A DNA stretch of 63,016 nucleotides, counting the filler. It is 14 parts of 14 records of this genome, joined end to end, with 100 filler letters (N's around TTAATTAATTAA, not from the genome) between each part and the next. Parts side by side here need not be neighbours in the genome. Positions count along the whole stretch, not along the records: positions 1 to 6,752 come from SRR7504441_109834; positions 6,853 to 11,680 come from SRR7504441_109843; positions 11,781 to 15,639 come from SRR7504441_109882; 11 more parts are not named here. One strand, 5' to 3'. Shown in pieces: positions 1-13,451 of the stretch. The position numbers were made by a program, and so were the translations under genes. The first letter of the stretch is position 1, and each line of letters begins with the position of its first letter. The notes below the pieces were generated by a model. That model did not search any database, was not told the DNA's origin, and worked only from the letters and a program-made list of their open reading frames with translations.

Positions 1-3000
1 TCAGACCATTGTTGCTTACTGTCCCACAGGCTGGATTGTACTCGTGCCACCATGTCCATTGGATAGTAGGAAGGAATGTTGCGGCTGTGGAGCTTCCAAC
101 TTCCGCATTACCAGCCTCATCCAGTGTGATCTTCACCCCAGTCCCCTGAGGCAACGTGCTGCGCTGATCAAATTCCAGAATCATGCCATCTGCGCCAGGA
201 AGCTTGATCATCATCGAGTCACGGTCAAGGTTGGTGAGAGGATGTGGCGTTTCCACCTCACACGAGATTTGTTTGATCATTTCTTGTCTTGGCTTACCAT
301 CAACTTGCTCCCTGTGATCTAGCCAGGCATCGACCACGATTGCAGTTGGAATTGGCTGGCCAGCAGCAAGTGCGTCCATCGCCTACAAGCGAAACACCTC
401 AATCACCGAACTGTGCTCGAGTTTTACCGACACAACTTGAGAAAAGGATCTGAGCCACTCCTCATCGTGGCCGTCAATACCCGAGGACAGGTCATGGATG
501 TTCACAGTAACCTAAAGAAGTAAACAGAATCAATATCAAAGCTATCATATGCATACCTTGTCAGCAAACATGCAGCACACTGGGAGCAGTGGGCCTTTCA
601 GTCCATGGAAAATGACAGTCTCCGTTTCTGCAGCCTTTTCCCTGTTGCCCACCACCGACAAGGTTCCAGCTGTAAGATCGAGCCTGAATTTCAGCATAGT
701 CTCCAGCCATTCTGTGGTATTGGCTTTGCGCAATGGCTCTGTGTCTTCGATGGCACCAGAGCCAAATAGGCTCAGATCAGAGCATCTGATGACGTGGATG
801 TGAGGGCTGCGTCGATAGTCAACCTCATTGAGTGAGCCAAGGCAGGATCTGGCAATCACCCCAAAGGCGACCCCCCCTGAGCAAAGCTGGTCGCGAGCGA
901 GCTCAAACCCAAACAAATTGACCCCATCCTCATATTCAAGATTGCCCACTGCAAACGTAAGCCCACTCGTATGTGTTTTGACTGCCGTGCCGCCGTTATG
1001 AATCGTAGCCCCAGGCATGGTACAGGAAATGTCGAAGCGCAATGGCAGTAGAGCGGCTGTAGCAGATTTGGATGTGAGACCAAGATGCATCATCAGCTCA
1101 GCAACAAGACCGGTAAGTTGTGGATTCTTTGCTGCTTTAGCGAAAGACATCATCGATTGCAAGGTAGTGGTGGCTGTGCTCCAGTCGCTTTCGTGTGAGA
1201 ATGCCTTCGACGCAGCAATCATGCTTTTGAACAAGAGCGAGCGAACATTAGCCGATTGTGTGGAGACAGCAAGTGACAAGGCAAGTGAAGAGAGGAAAGC
1301 AGGCGGAGGAACCGAAGCTTCGATGAGCAGACCCTGCCAAAGCGTCTAGTCAGCCCGATAGGCAGGGAATAGAAGTCACCATGAGCCAAGATGCCACTTT
1401 GGGCGAAGGTGTCTTCATCAAGTCAGCATCCGCCGTTTTATTCTCTGTGATCACTATGCGCCATCCCCACTTCTGGCAGGACGAGTCAGAGTGAAACGTC
1501 ATCCAGACGAAGTCTTGTTTTACGACCATCTCAAAGTTTCGAGCTCCGGAACCGGTAAGCTTTTGTATCAAAGTGGTTTGACTCTCGTCTTCCCAGAATT
1601 GCAGATAGTCGCAACCGTCTTCAAATAGGCAGCGCTCATCAAATACAAGCTTGAGCTCACTTGCACCAGGGAGACAGAGCTTTTTCTTCAAATCCATTGA
1701 AGCGCCATAGTCGTGACTGCTCTCCTCGATGAGTGTTTCTACCTCTGGCTTTCGGAATGAACCAAGAAGATGCCACATTGCCTCCTGCACAACACCGTCT
1801 CTGAGAGCCGCCGAGCTGGCATGCTGTAAATTCTCCGCCAGGCCTGCGCGAAGAGCTCGAAGCTCGGTGGCAAACGCGGATCTGTTGGTGATCATCAGGC
1901 GAAGAAGATGCCGGAAGCTCATACTGGTGCCGCAATCTTGGACAGTCATCGGCCTGCTGCTTGGCCAGTTAGCCAAGACTCGTGCTAAACAGTACCGAGC
2001 CCGAATGACAGTCTCCATCCGCCTGCAAAGCCTCAACCTGTCGTCAAGCTCTGTCTTCAGTGCTGGGTCACAATCGCCTTGACAGGCGAGATCCGAAAAC
2101 GTCTTTCGAATGGCAGTGAATGCATTTCGATCCTGAGGCTCGTCCTGAGGGTCGCTTTGATCATCTTCAAAATCCTCTACAGTTGTTGGCAGCTTGCTCA
2201 GCATACCATAAGTTGCCTTTGCAGCACTTTGATTGGCGGGCACCTGATCATTGCATGCGCACAACGAGGTCACGCTCTCAAAACGCTCCGAGGCAAACGC
2301 AATCGCCTCCTCAAAGAGCGGTGAGTTCAAATCTTCCATCTTCGCGATTTCTGCTGCTGCTCCAGCCGGGACCTTGGCCCTAACGAGCATATTGAAGTAT
2401 CTTTTGCTCGGTTCGTCGAGAGCAGATAAGTCTGGATTCGTCGAAAAGCTGTCCAAATACTGGCGCGCTGTATCTGAGCTTACCTCAGCTGTTTCTTGCT
2501 GGGCAGTAAAGCTTGTCAAGCTGTTCCAGCCGCTCAGGAATCCTTCCTTTAGTGCAGCAAAGGTGCTTCTCTCCCTCTCAACCTCAATCTGTTGCTGCGT
2601 CTTCTGCATCTTTTTCAATTTTGTCAACAACTCAAGCTCGCCGTCATCGGATGACACACTCTCGGGCGACGTTGCCATTTTGAGCAGCTGTTTAAACCCT
2701 TGACCCTCTAGAAGAGAGCAACGCGCCGACTCGAGACCAATCACCGACTCGAGGACATCGGCTGACTTCATTTGGAAGTGGGAAAACAGCTGTTGGGCTG
2801 CTGGCATAGATGCGAAGTCGGGCCCTTCTTCCTGTTCCATAGCCTGACATGCAAGCAGTCACGCCAAGCAGGATGGCCTAGTGATCACCTTAAGAGCGAA
2901 GTCTAGCATCGCATGAGCCAGATCAGCATCCATGCGCTTGGGTGATAGGGGTTGTCGAATAGTCTTCATATTCACAGTCTCTGCCTCCTCCAATTTCTCG

Positions 3001-6000
3001 ATTGTATCAGCTTTGTCGTAAAGAAGACGATATGGACCTGGGCAGGTCGGCTCACCAACATCCACTGATGCAATAATTGCTTCGACGCCGCTTAAAAGCA
3101 CAACTCGGCTAAGCTCAGGCAGGTTTGAACGAATGCCGCCAACCACTGCCAGCAGACCAAGCAGCTCTAAGACGGTTTCTTCGTGCTTATCAAAAGAACT
3201 GCAAATCTGGGCAAGATCTACGCTTTTGGGAAGGATACCAGCTGCCACCTGCTCAAATGCAGTCTTTGCTGCTGTAGATATTTTGATGATTGCTTGGAAG
3301 AAGAGCACAACTTGCACTGCTACAGCGTCACCTCCTGTATGGAACGAGTCGGTTACACTTCGGTCGCTGGATGTGCCACTGAACTCGACTGCACCGAGGA
3401 TACGGAGAAGGTCATGCATGATAGCAGTCCATTCAAAGCACTCAGGCAAACAAGGAGCCACTTTCTTGAGCAGCTCCAGGGTGAGTGTGATCATTGCAGC
3501 CTACACACACAGTCTCAACGAATAAGGGCGTCATTGGCATGCCTACCGTGCCATGGTTGACCAACCATGTAAGGAATGGGTAGGCACCAGTCCCGAGCAG
3601 TCTGCTAACTGCTGCTGCACTTGCTGGGCCGCTATGGCACATGCGCAGAAGCAGGACCAAGTATGAGCACACGGTGTGAGGGGTCTGGTTGGCACTAGCG
3701 TCGTTGTACAAATGCGCCCAGCCACCGCAGTGCTCTTCAATGTACAATCTCCCGCTGTTTCCAAATCGAGATCCCAGGGTCCTGCTCGTTTCACATCTCT
3801 TTTTTTCATCAATCCATGATTCCGAAGGTTGGTGAACTGCTTCTGTGATTTGATGCAACGCTGCCGAAAGGATATTTGTGTGTACCTTCCCCACGCCAGT
3901 GCCCAGTCCTGGCATGTAGCCAAGGAGCTTGAAAATCAAGAACGCTACGTTCGGGACCTTCTGTGCCGCTGACCTTTGCCTACTGACTTTTTTCATGAAG
4001 TCGTCATCTGCCAGACGAATACTGGAGCAGTCCAGAGTGATAGTGCAGGGTACACCACATAGCTCAACCATACCTGAGAAGAGGCCATGGTAGCCAATCG
4101 ATTTGTTATCTTTTGACCCAAACCATTGAATCTCAGCCTGAGTCACTTGTTCACAGGTGGCTGTGCAAGCACTTATTGACATATCTCGAGTCAGTTGCAT
4201 CTGTGCATACAAAGTTGGTTGGTCAAATCTCCAGCCTTCCTCCTCAGAGGGGCCCTCCCTCGTTCTGAACAGCAACACAGCCCCGGACCGATTGACCTCC
4301 CATCGGAGGAGGAAGTAGCTTGTATTGTCCTCGTTGACCCTCCCGGACGCAATCAAATTCGGCAAAAGGTCTTCCTCGTGCGAAACTCCTGTTTCCCAGA
4401 GACCTTCAACCTGATCGTCCGAGATGACACCTTCGCGCAGCATAAAACTCCCCATGATCTCTCGAAGTTCGACCAACTCGAAGTGCCGCAACTCACCATC
4501 GTTCATTGCTCCTTTGATAAATTCCTCTAGGCTCAATTTTCCATCAGCATCGGTGTCGTAACCGTGATCAAGGAAAAAGTTGACAAATGATCCATCCTTC
4601 TGGTCGAGCCAGCCATCATGGTTCTTGTCCATTAAAGCAAACACTGTGGCAAAGCAAAACTCCTTGCTGTCAGAGCTGTAGGGTGATGAAGCTTTCGCAT
4701 CTGTGACGAGTCCGGCATTCTTGACTTTAGACTGCATTTTCCAGTACTTATAGCCATCAGGAGCGTCAAAGAGCGTACTGTCAGCAACCCATGACCCATC
4801 AACGTGCTCAAACGCATTATCCCCAGCATGTTTCAGCTGTTGCCATGAGCCGTCAGCTCCAATATCCAGTACGACAGTATTGCCATCCAGCAGGGAACCC
4901 ATGCAGTTGTAAATCCCAGAAATGGCCGTCGCACACCATTCGCCTCCATTGGTGGTCCATTGATCCAGGTCAAACCCGGCTGGCGGAGGAATAGGCAAGC
5001 CCTCAGTTGCTGCCACAGCCGATCTTGGACTGCTGACTTTTAGCGTAGTATGCCACTCTCCTGTGAACGTCTTGTTGCTGCAAGGTTGATTGTTAGTGAG
5101 ACAGATTTGCTCAGCGCACGCCGCTATAGAAGCTTGAAGTTCAGACCACTTCGAGCTTCCATACGTGCCACAGCCAGCAGAAGCCTCGAATGCTTCTCCT
5201 CCTGGTTTGATCATGTAGGTTTGTCGTGCCTTCAAAGTGCCGTCCTGAAATTCTCCTGAGCAGCAGACCCCAAACTTGCCCTTTGGGGTGGTTATCCCCA
5301 GCTCCCACTTGAGATCTGACAGGTCCGCTTCTACCTCTGGAATGTAGCTCGTAGAGTCAAAGTTCCATGGCAGAAGCGGGTTCAGGCGCTTGATGACTGC
5401 GATCCTTTCAAGACTCTCTGCATCACAATCTTTAAATCCTATTCCGAGAATAGACAGTGCACGCAGCTTGATTGCTGGCTGTGACTGGCCCTCAGGTGCC
5501 GCAATGTCGAGCATGCACGACAGAATGCCGTCAAAGAATGCACTCTCCAGGCTAGATCTGATTGTCGAATCTACCACATCCAGTCCATGAGTCGGGTGTT
5601 CTATCTGTTGTAGCTGATCTGCCAGTGACCGGAGCAGGAGTGCTTTAGAGCTGTCGTCTGCACCACAGATCAAAACATTAATGAACCCAAGTCCAATTGC
5701 TCGCAGGATGGCTGTCTCGCAAGCAGATTGGATGGCCTGAAAGATGTCCGACTCTTCAATGTCTGCATCCAGGAAGGACTGGATTGAGCCAGCCACGTCT
5801 TGTGTGCGGCTATTCATTGACAGGTCACTCGCCTGCAAGGTGATCTTAATCAACCAAGTTGGGTGAGCCAATCACGGGGAGATACCTTGATTGGCTTCAT
5901 CAGGGCGCGCAGCCGGCGAGCTGCTGCCATAGACGACCGCACCCGCCCCCAGCCATGTCGAATAGTTGTAGTGGCAGACCGCACAAGGGATGAATCGTCC

Positions 6001-6752
6001 GCATTCTCAAGCTGCTCCCAAGCACGATTGGAGCCAGAGAGCAAAACTTTGCACTTTCGGATCACCTGATCGGCCTGCGCAACGAGTTAGCACTCTTGGT
6101 CAGTGAATGGTACTCACGTGTTTTGCTTTCGCGTCGTGGTCCATCGCTTGAGTTCTTTGCGCCAGCCACAGTTGTAGTGCTTTGGCTCGATCCCATGCAT
6201 TGACAAGACCTGGAGGAGGCGTGCTCGAAACATCACGTGCAAAACTGAGAGCTTCCTCCAGCAAGCCACCATGATGCACTAGACACGCAAACATGGCACA
6301 TCTGATCGGAGACGTTCCAAACCCACGCGGGAGAGCATCAACCACCTTCCTACCCGGACCTTCGGCATTCAGCAGTTCAAGAATGAATGTATGCTGCTCA
6401 TTCGACGGACTGAAGTCCACGCAGACAGCAGCAGGACCCAGTACCTCTTTGAATTGGTCAACTGCAGCCAGCAAGGTCTTGTCTAGCGTCACATCAATTC
6501 CAAGCAGGCTCTGCAATGCGGCTCGAGAAATGCCACCACTGAAAAGCGGCGAGTCAATGACGACTTCTGTCTTTGCGCCAATCATCTGACTAGCCAATGA
6601 AGCCAGAATGCTTGCTATTTGCAGCCCAATTTCACGTTTCCAAGGAACTGAGGAATGGCAATCCAGCACCGTTGCCTTCACTGTGCACTTCCAGCCCCAG
6701 GATGTGTTGCTTGAATCAGAGTGGAATTTGAAGTTTAGGGTCTCAGTGCCCT
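1..6752 (-). CDS. Partial giant multidomain protein (EF-hand pair, two CUB-like ESxHxY/ETxHP modules, SPRY-like domain); both ends lie outside the contig
   Basis: ORFs 6100-6681, 5850-6065, 3442-5871, 2859-3494, 1350-2840, 545-1279 and two exons below 511 join in frame via GT-AG introns at 6075-6117, 5845-5885, 3501-3546, 2844-2888, 1334-1379, 512-556 and 383-427. Motifs: DKNHDGWLD and DTDADGKLSLEEF (EF-hand); ESSHDY..LPGASELKLVFDERC..FHSDSS..WGWRI (CUB-like). Confidence 0.7.
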
Positions 6753-6852
6753 NNNNNNNNNNNNNNNNNNNNNNNNNNNNNNNNNNNNNNNNNNNNTTAA
6801 TTAATTAANNNNNNNNNNNNNNNNNNNNNNNNNNNNNNNNNNNNNNNNNNNN
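6753..6852. other. Artificial contig linker (N44-TTAATTAATTAA-N44); identical linkers at 11681-11780, 15640-15739, 19030-19129, 22451-22550, 25744-25843, 28959-29058, 37930-38029, 41781-41880, 46239-46338, 49623-49722, 55103-55202, 59777-59876
   Basis: Fixed 100-nt N spacer with a core that places stops in all six frames; ORFs and base composition break at each one. Confidence 0.98.
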
Positions 6853-6995
6853 ATCAATAAATGACTTCAACTCTCTCTCTATAATTATGCTATATTCAGA
6901 CCGGTTCAGTGTCTGCAAATCTCGGTTATCGCAAACTTAGAGCCTACTTAGAGCCGGCAGCGATGGCGACTAGATCACGGATACTCATACGGGTT

Positions 6996-9900
6996 TCAAA
7001 GGGAAGGTCGAAATATACTACTACTACTACTACTATAAGACTGATTCAACTCCGCGCATCCTCTCGCTCTGTAGGAAGTGGATGGAGTCGTAGACATGTC
7101 GAGCTTGGCGAGGGGCTGCTCGCCGCTATCATTCAGCGCGCTCGCATCGAATTCCCATTTGGCCTCAGGTACATCAAACCTGTCAGCAGAATAGACGGAT
7201 TGCTGTTCGGGTCGTCGCTCTTCTGCGAGCATCGTCATCAGTTGTTCAACGCGCTTGCCATAGATGACTTGTTTGGCGATTGCGACTGCGGCCTCGCTCC
7301 CAGCTCGCATCCCAAGCGTTCTCTGCAAAGAGGTCAGCGCTCCCTGCGCGCGATTGATCCAAGCCAACCAGACGCTGGTGTCGGCATGCAGAGCGGGTGG
7401 CTTGCTGACCCGCGTACGGAGCTCGACTGTTGGTTCGTGCTGCAGTTCGTCTAGCTGATTCTGCAGCCGCTTAACATGGATGACTCTATCTTGGTACCGC
7501 TCCTTCTCGGCCTGCAGCTTCCATACAAGAAGCATTGCCAAAACAACAAGCCAGTACAGCGTGGTGCAGATACTGTTGATCAACTCAAAGTTCTGGATCT
7601 GGCAAAGACGCTTTCCGAATGGGTAGTTGACAGGGTCAGTGGTTGTGATCACCCACTCGTTTAGGCCGTCTCTGCCCATGTACTTGGCCAGCGGGAAAGT
7701 GCGCCATTGCTGCAAAGCAATGGCGCACTGCTCCAAAACCTGGTAGCCAAACAGTCTGAGATACACGAAATCCAACCCGCGTGACACAACTGCGTTTCCC
7801 TTGACTGCACCAGGCAAGCGCGTTCCGTTGAACACACGAAGTCCTACGAGCTTTGAGGAGTAGTACCAAGCCGAAATCAACGCGTCGATGGCTCCAATCA
7901 CTCTGAGCATTGCAGACATGAGCAACGGAACCTTGTTGCAATCACTCTCGTCAGGAGGCCAGACCCACTGGACCTGCTGGACCTGCGTCTCGTCGCCGTT
8001 GGACCATTTCCCAGTAATCTGTTCGGATGAGAGTACCAGGTACATGTCTATAACGCCACAGAGAATCCACAGGCACCCATATACCACCAGAATTCGGCAA
8101 CGGTGGCTGGCTGGCGCATGAAGCTTTGAAGTGAATGCATCTGCAGTGTCTGAAAGGTATCTGAAATGAATTTGCAGGAGCATTTCAAACCCGAGAAAAG
8201 CTGCGATGGCTGCCTCGCAAGCTTGGCACCGGTCCCAGACATTTGTTGGTGTCCCGTAATTTCGCGGATTGAATGGATATGTTATGATCTCGCCAATATC
8301 TGACAGCCAGACACAATAGAAGATCATCTCACTCGCGAGGCTGATTACAGCATACCATCGAGACCATCGTCCAGTCATGGCAAAGAAGAAGACCGGCAGG
8401 AACATGCAGCGACAATAGCGCTGGACCAAAAGCTTGAAAACTGTCAGCCCAGCAACAAATTTCGACGCTTCAACGGTCGCAATGGCATCCCAGAGCCCTA
8501 TTTTTGTGAATGTAAGGAAACAGGCGTAGCCTACGACCGCGGGTACCATGTCAAGAGTCAGCATGAAACTGACCAAAACTCGGAGAGCAAAGAGAACCTT
8601 CTTCCAGACTGCCCATTCGGACCATTCATACGGCACATTTGGAATGAATAATGCCATTTGGGTGCGATTTGTGAGACAAAGCGACGGCCAGAGATTGATC
8701 AGATCCAGCCGGGTCGAATCTAGCGCGACCGCAATATAATTCCGGCCCACAAATTCGGGTTTGAACAGCAAGAGCCGCCAGAAGCAACGTGCCAGCTCTC
8801 GCAGAGAGCGGACAGATAAGCTCATCATTAATGTGCAGTCAGCCAGGCCAAGTGAATGATAGTCGATTGCTCCGTGAGACACATGCTTCATAGTCGAGGC
8901 TATTAGCTTGGTTGTTTCTTCGTCTGTCTCACAATTGGCCAACGCATCTAGTAAGTATAAAACCTCCCGAGGCTCGGCCAAGGTGCTGTGCAATTGCCAC
9001 AAGGGAACTTTCGCGTCCGTTGCGTAAAGCCAGAACCAAGCGGCCTGCTCGATATCAGTCACCCAGCCCGCCATCTGAAGCGAGCCCACACTCAACGAAA
9101 TATGCTGCAAGGCCTGTCTTCTAGTCTCGTCTGCCAACAACCTACCTTTGTACACTGCACAAGCGCCAAGTGCTGCGATTGCCTCCTTGAGCTCTGTTTG
9201 CCGTTCATGAGGCACACGGCCACTGTCTATCAGGCTTCTGATCAAGTTGTAGGCGCCAGAAGCATAGCCTGATAGGTATTTACCACAGATGTAAGAGGCT
9301 ACCAGGCCGGATACGCGGGCCCTGATTACCTCCATATCAACGACAAGCGCATCATCCGATCTTCCAGTCAGGCGAAGCGAGGGAACTGTCACAGCAAGTC
9401 CGTCAAACGCGCCCAGCTCGAGTGTCGGCTTGGCAGTCACTGCTGAGATGACATGGCCTTTGGTCGTCCGAGGGACAGTCTTGGTATTTGGTCGTCCGAG
9501 GGACTGACATGGCGCTGGGGATGGTATTTCGACTATCAACATCAAGCCGTCTTCTGTGCCAGGCGGGAGATCGCTCTGATCCATGATTGGCATTTTGCAT
9601 TCAAGCAAATTGTCTAGATGGAGAGAATCAATCGCTTGCCGGAGCCGGGCCACGTTGAATCCCATATGGACGCTCTCACACCTGGCGTGTGCTTTTGTTG
9701 AGGAATACAGAAGTTCGAAGTCCTCGGCGATGAGCAGGCAGACGATTGCTGACCAGCACCTTTGTGATAGTTCGAAGAGCTCCCTAGCCTCCCTGGTGGT
9801 CTGATGCCACGAGCAAGGTTGCCTCATCACTCGCTTGATGAGCTCGAGACTTTCGCCACTGTCGTCGCTCGCAGTGAGCTGTGACACCATTAGGAGCGAC

Positions 9901-11680
9901 ACCCGACAGTGTGCCCTCAAGGTCAGCGAGAGGTCCTCCACGTCATCCAGCATTCCATCGGCATCAACATCGTCTGCTGAAGGCACCACCCATCCCATGT
10001 ACACTCGCTTCATAATGATTGCTTGGGCCAGTCGCTGCAGCTGAGTGCGTGACACCCCAGCAATCTGATCATGCTGTTTAAGCTTCTGCTCAACATCTGA
10101 AATAATAATCAGAAACACCTGGCGCATCGCATCTCTGGCCTCTTCACTCAAAGCAAGCCCGATTGGCTCAGCGAAGCAGCACACGGTGCCCTGAGAGTCG
10201 AGCGCCCACATCTCAACCTCAACGCTCGACAACGTCTCTGGCAATAGCCGAATCGCACCTTTGCGTAATCTCCAGGACACATTGAGAAGCAAAACTGGCG
10301 GCATGTGCAACATTTTGAATCCCTCCCACAGGGACAGGCACGAGGTGCTCACGTCCCTTATAGTAGCGCTGCAGCCGGTCAGCTTAGCTTCGATTTCTGA
10401 CGGTTTGCGGTCCTGGGGAGCAATAGCGAATCCCGACGAAGTGCTTTCGGCCGGGCACCTGACATGCATTTCGCCCACATTGATCTCGATCTCTAGACTG
10501 TCCCTCTGCCAGCGCAACACAGGCAGCTGCATATCCAAACTAAGCTGCACCCCGATTGGCCTGTGCATTTCTGGGCTCACATGTGACACCAACTGCCGCC
10601 CTGCCTCTATCAGCCGATCTGCCAGCCCGGCTGCGGTGTCATGATCGATCTCTCGCAATCGCTTGGCCAACAACTCGAGTTTGTGCAGCACGATGCTGTC
10701 GTTGAGCATGGCAATCCCGTGCTGGACTATTTTAGCCTCGTTGTCCATCTCCTCCTCTACGAGCGCTGTCATCAAATTTTGCAGTTCAAGCTCGAGCAAT
10801 TTCTTGCGCGCCTGCACGTTAGACTCTTCCACACAGGGCATCTGCTGCCCCACAACAGACTCCCACTCGTCATCGCTGATCAGACCGTCGCCGTTCAGAT
10901 CCAGACCTGAGGCCAGAATGTCCGACATCGCCTGTTCCCACTGGGCCGCCCCGAGCACACCGTCCTTAGACTCTGCAGACGAGCCCAACATGAACACCAA
11001 CCACGTCAACGAATACGATGCGAGTTGGCACACGGTCTCTGTTATGGCCTCGATGTCGAGCTCTACTGCCATCTGAGTCGTCATCTGCAGCTCAGCATAC
11101 GCCCAGAACCTTTGCTCATAGAAGCGCACTTGAGCGAACCGGAGGACCTCCAGCCGGTGCCTGATGTCATTGAGCTCATCACCGGAGAGCCCATCCGCAA
11201 CCGCTGTTTCAAGCTGCTTGCTGAGCTCTGCGTGCTCGGCTCGCAACTGTACAAGCTCCTGACGGCCGGGATCTTTGCCCACAACGTTCTCCCAGCCTTG
11301 CTGGTAGCATGAAAGCTCGGTGTCGTTGTTGCCTGGAATCAAATCAACAATGTTGCACCAACGGAATGAGTAAAGAGGCTGCTCCACGTCCGCATTCGAC
11401 AGGCAGCTCCGCCGCTCTCGCCCAAGACGGAGTTCGATGCTGCCTACGGTGCCGTGCACATCGTAGTGCAGCCAGTGGTCTTGGGTGAGGCTCAGTTGGA
11501 GTGCTGTAACCTGCAGCTCGAGCACGTCGCCGACCCTCAGTTGGAGCGCCTGCAGCTGCATACTGAACGGCAAATGCAGCAGGTGGTACTCTAGTGCCTG
11601 CGACATGTCGACCTTTTGAAGCTGAGAATATTTGTCCAGATGCCGGCCGAAAAACTGACGGTGCTCCAGCATCAGCCGGT
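6996..11680 (-). CDS. Large hypothetical protein (5'-partial, >1550 aa) with EF-hand-like loops and a C-terminal multi-pass membrane region
   Basis: Uninterrupted 1558-aa ORF. Contains DLNGDGLISDDEW and DVDADGMLDD loops, many hydrophobic segments in the last ~550 aa, and a coiled-coil-like stretch after them. Confidence 0.65.
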
Positions 11681-11780
11681 NNNNNNNNNNNNNNNNNNNN
11701 NNNNNNNNNNNNNNNNNNNNNNNNTTAATTAATTAANNNNNNNNNNNNNNNNNNNNNNNNNNNNNNNNNNNNNNNNNNNN

Positions 11781-13373
11781 CCCAGCGACCTCTTCCTGTA
11801 ACGACTCGACAAGTTGGACAGACTGGAAACCAGCCGCTACCTCTTCTGCTGCTGTGTTGGCCGCTGCGCTTAGTTCACTTGCCCTCGACTCGGCTGCGCT
11901 CTTCTCCTTGCACAGTTCAGCTACCCTCGATTCAGCAAGGCTATTCGCCTTACACAGCTGCTCTTTCTCCTCCTGCAACCGCCGCACTTGGAGCTGCGAC
12001 TCGTGTAGCCTGGCCTCAGTCCCGCTGTTAGCGGCCTGCAGTTCGACGGTGGCAGCCTGCAGCGTGCCCACCAGCCTCTCCGCCTCGTCTGCCTGGCTCA
12101 GCCGGAGCTCGAGCGTGCTGTTAGCCAGAGTTAATCGGTCCAGCTCCACCCGGAGCGTCTTGACGTGCTGCTCGGAGCTCTGTGAGTTGGTTAGTGTGGC
12201 AGCCAGCCTGTCTTTGAACCCGGCCACTTCCTGCTTGAGAGCATCGATCAGGCAGCCCGCCTTCTTCAGGTAATTGAATAAATCAAACCGCTGCTGCTCC
12301 GCCCCTAGCTTGCCCGACAGCTTCCTGAGCTGCTCGAGCCGCGCGTCCTGGGTCCAGCCATCGAACTGCCCCCGGGCCTCTGGCGAACTCAGCATCCCAG
12401 CCACCAGCCTCGCCTTGGCCTCGAATTCTTCCAAAAGAACCGCCTCCAGTTCACCCAGCTCCGCCGACTTCTGACTCCTCTGAGCGGCCTCGCCCGCGCG
12501 CTTGCGCCACTGGACCAGCCGCCGACGGAGCATCCAGCCGCTCACGCAGCAGTCCACTTGCTCAGTGTAAACCTGTGAGGCCATCCACATATTCCACTTG
12601 ACAAAACTCCGGCCCATTACCCGCTGCTCCCGCTCGGCCATCCGCTCGCCCGCCCCGCACCCCAGCCGCCACTGGCGCACCCGACCGCCCAGCCGCGCCT
12701 GGTCCAGCCAAGTCGCGAGCAGTCTGCGAACCCCCGGGCCAAGCCGCTGCGGTGCCTGCGGGGCAACCGGCCGCTTCGCAGCCGGCTGAGTCCCGGCAGA
12801 ATCGGTCCTGTACCTCGGGCGGTACCCGAGCAAGACATCAGCGTGCCGTCGCCCGCCTGCTACTGCCGACTGGGCCGCCTGGCCGAACGTCCCCCTCGGC
12901 GCGTCGTAAGCGGGCGGCTGCTGCGGCTGGTAAGTGGGCTGCTGCTGCTCGTCGCGCATTAGACACATTGACAGCACCTCCAGGCTGCGCTCAGCCGGCC
13001 GGGTGGTGGCCAGGCGCCGCCAGTCGACGCAGCCGCACCAGAGGCTCCAGGCCTGGGAGAGCTCCATTGCCCGCCAGTGGGCCAGAGCCTCCACCACCGT
13101 GCTGACCGCCACATCGCCCGCGCCCAGCATCGGCCCGGCCTGCTCAGTCAGTCCAGCCAGCTGCCTGCCGTATGCCCGGGCCTCTGCCACGCTATTGCTC
13201 GTGAGCAGGCACCGGGCAATCGCCCCGATCGGGCCGCCGTCGGGCGGCTTCTGGCGGGCGCGGGAGGGGGCCGGATGCGGGGCGGGGCGGTCGGCCGTCT
13301 GCTCGAGTAGCTGCAGGTCCCACTCGATCCTGGACAGGTTGCCCCGCCCGCCGGGCCACAGCCCTCGGGCCAT
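11781..13373 (-). CDS. Hypothetical coiled-coil protein (3'-partial)
   Basis: ATG at 13373 (MARGLWPGG) within ORF 11733-13730; heptad-rich E/L/A/Q C-terminal region. Confidence 0.55.
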
Positions 13374-13451
13374 ACTGTCAGCTGACTGTATTTTACAAGC
13401 CTCGGGGCCGTGTGAGCACCATAGATTGAATAAAAAATAACGGCTCTCGCC

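Noticed and set aside
6753-6852. Regularly recurring TTAATTAATTAA palindrome flanked by Ns, superficially like a repeat array or CRISPR
   Set aside because: It is an artificial concatenation linker. Neighbourhoods across linkers carry no biological meaning.
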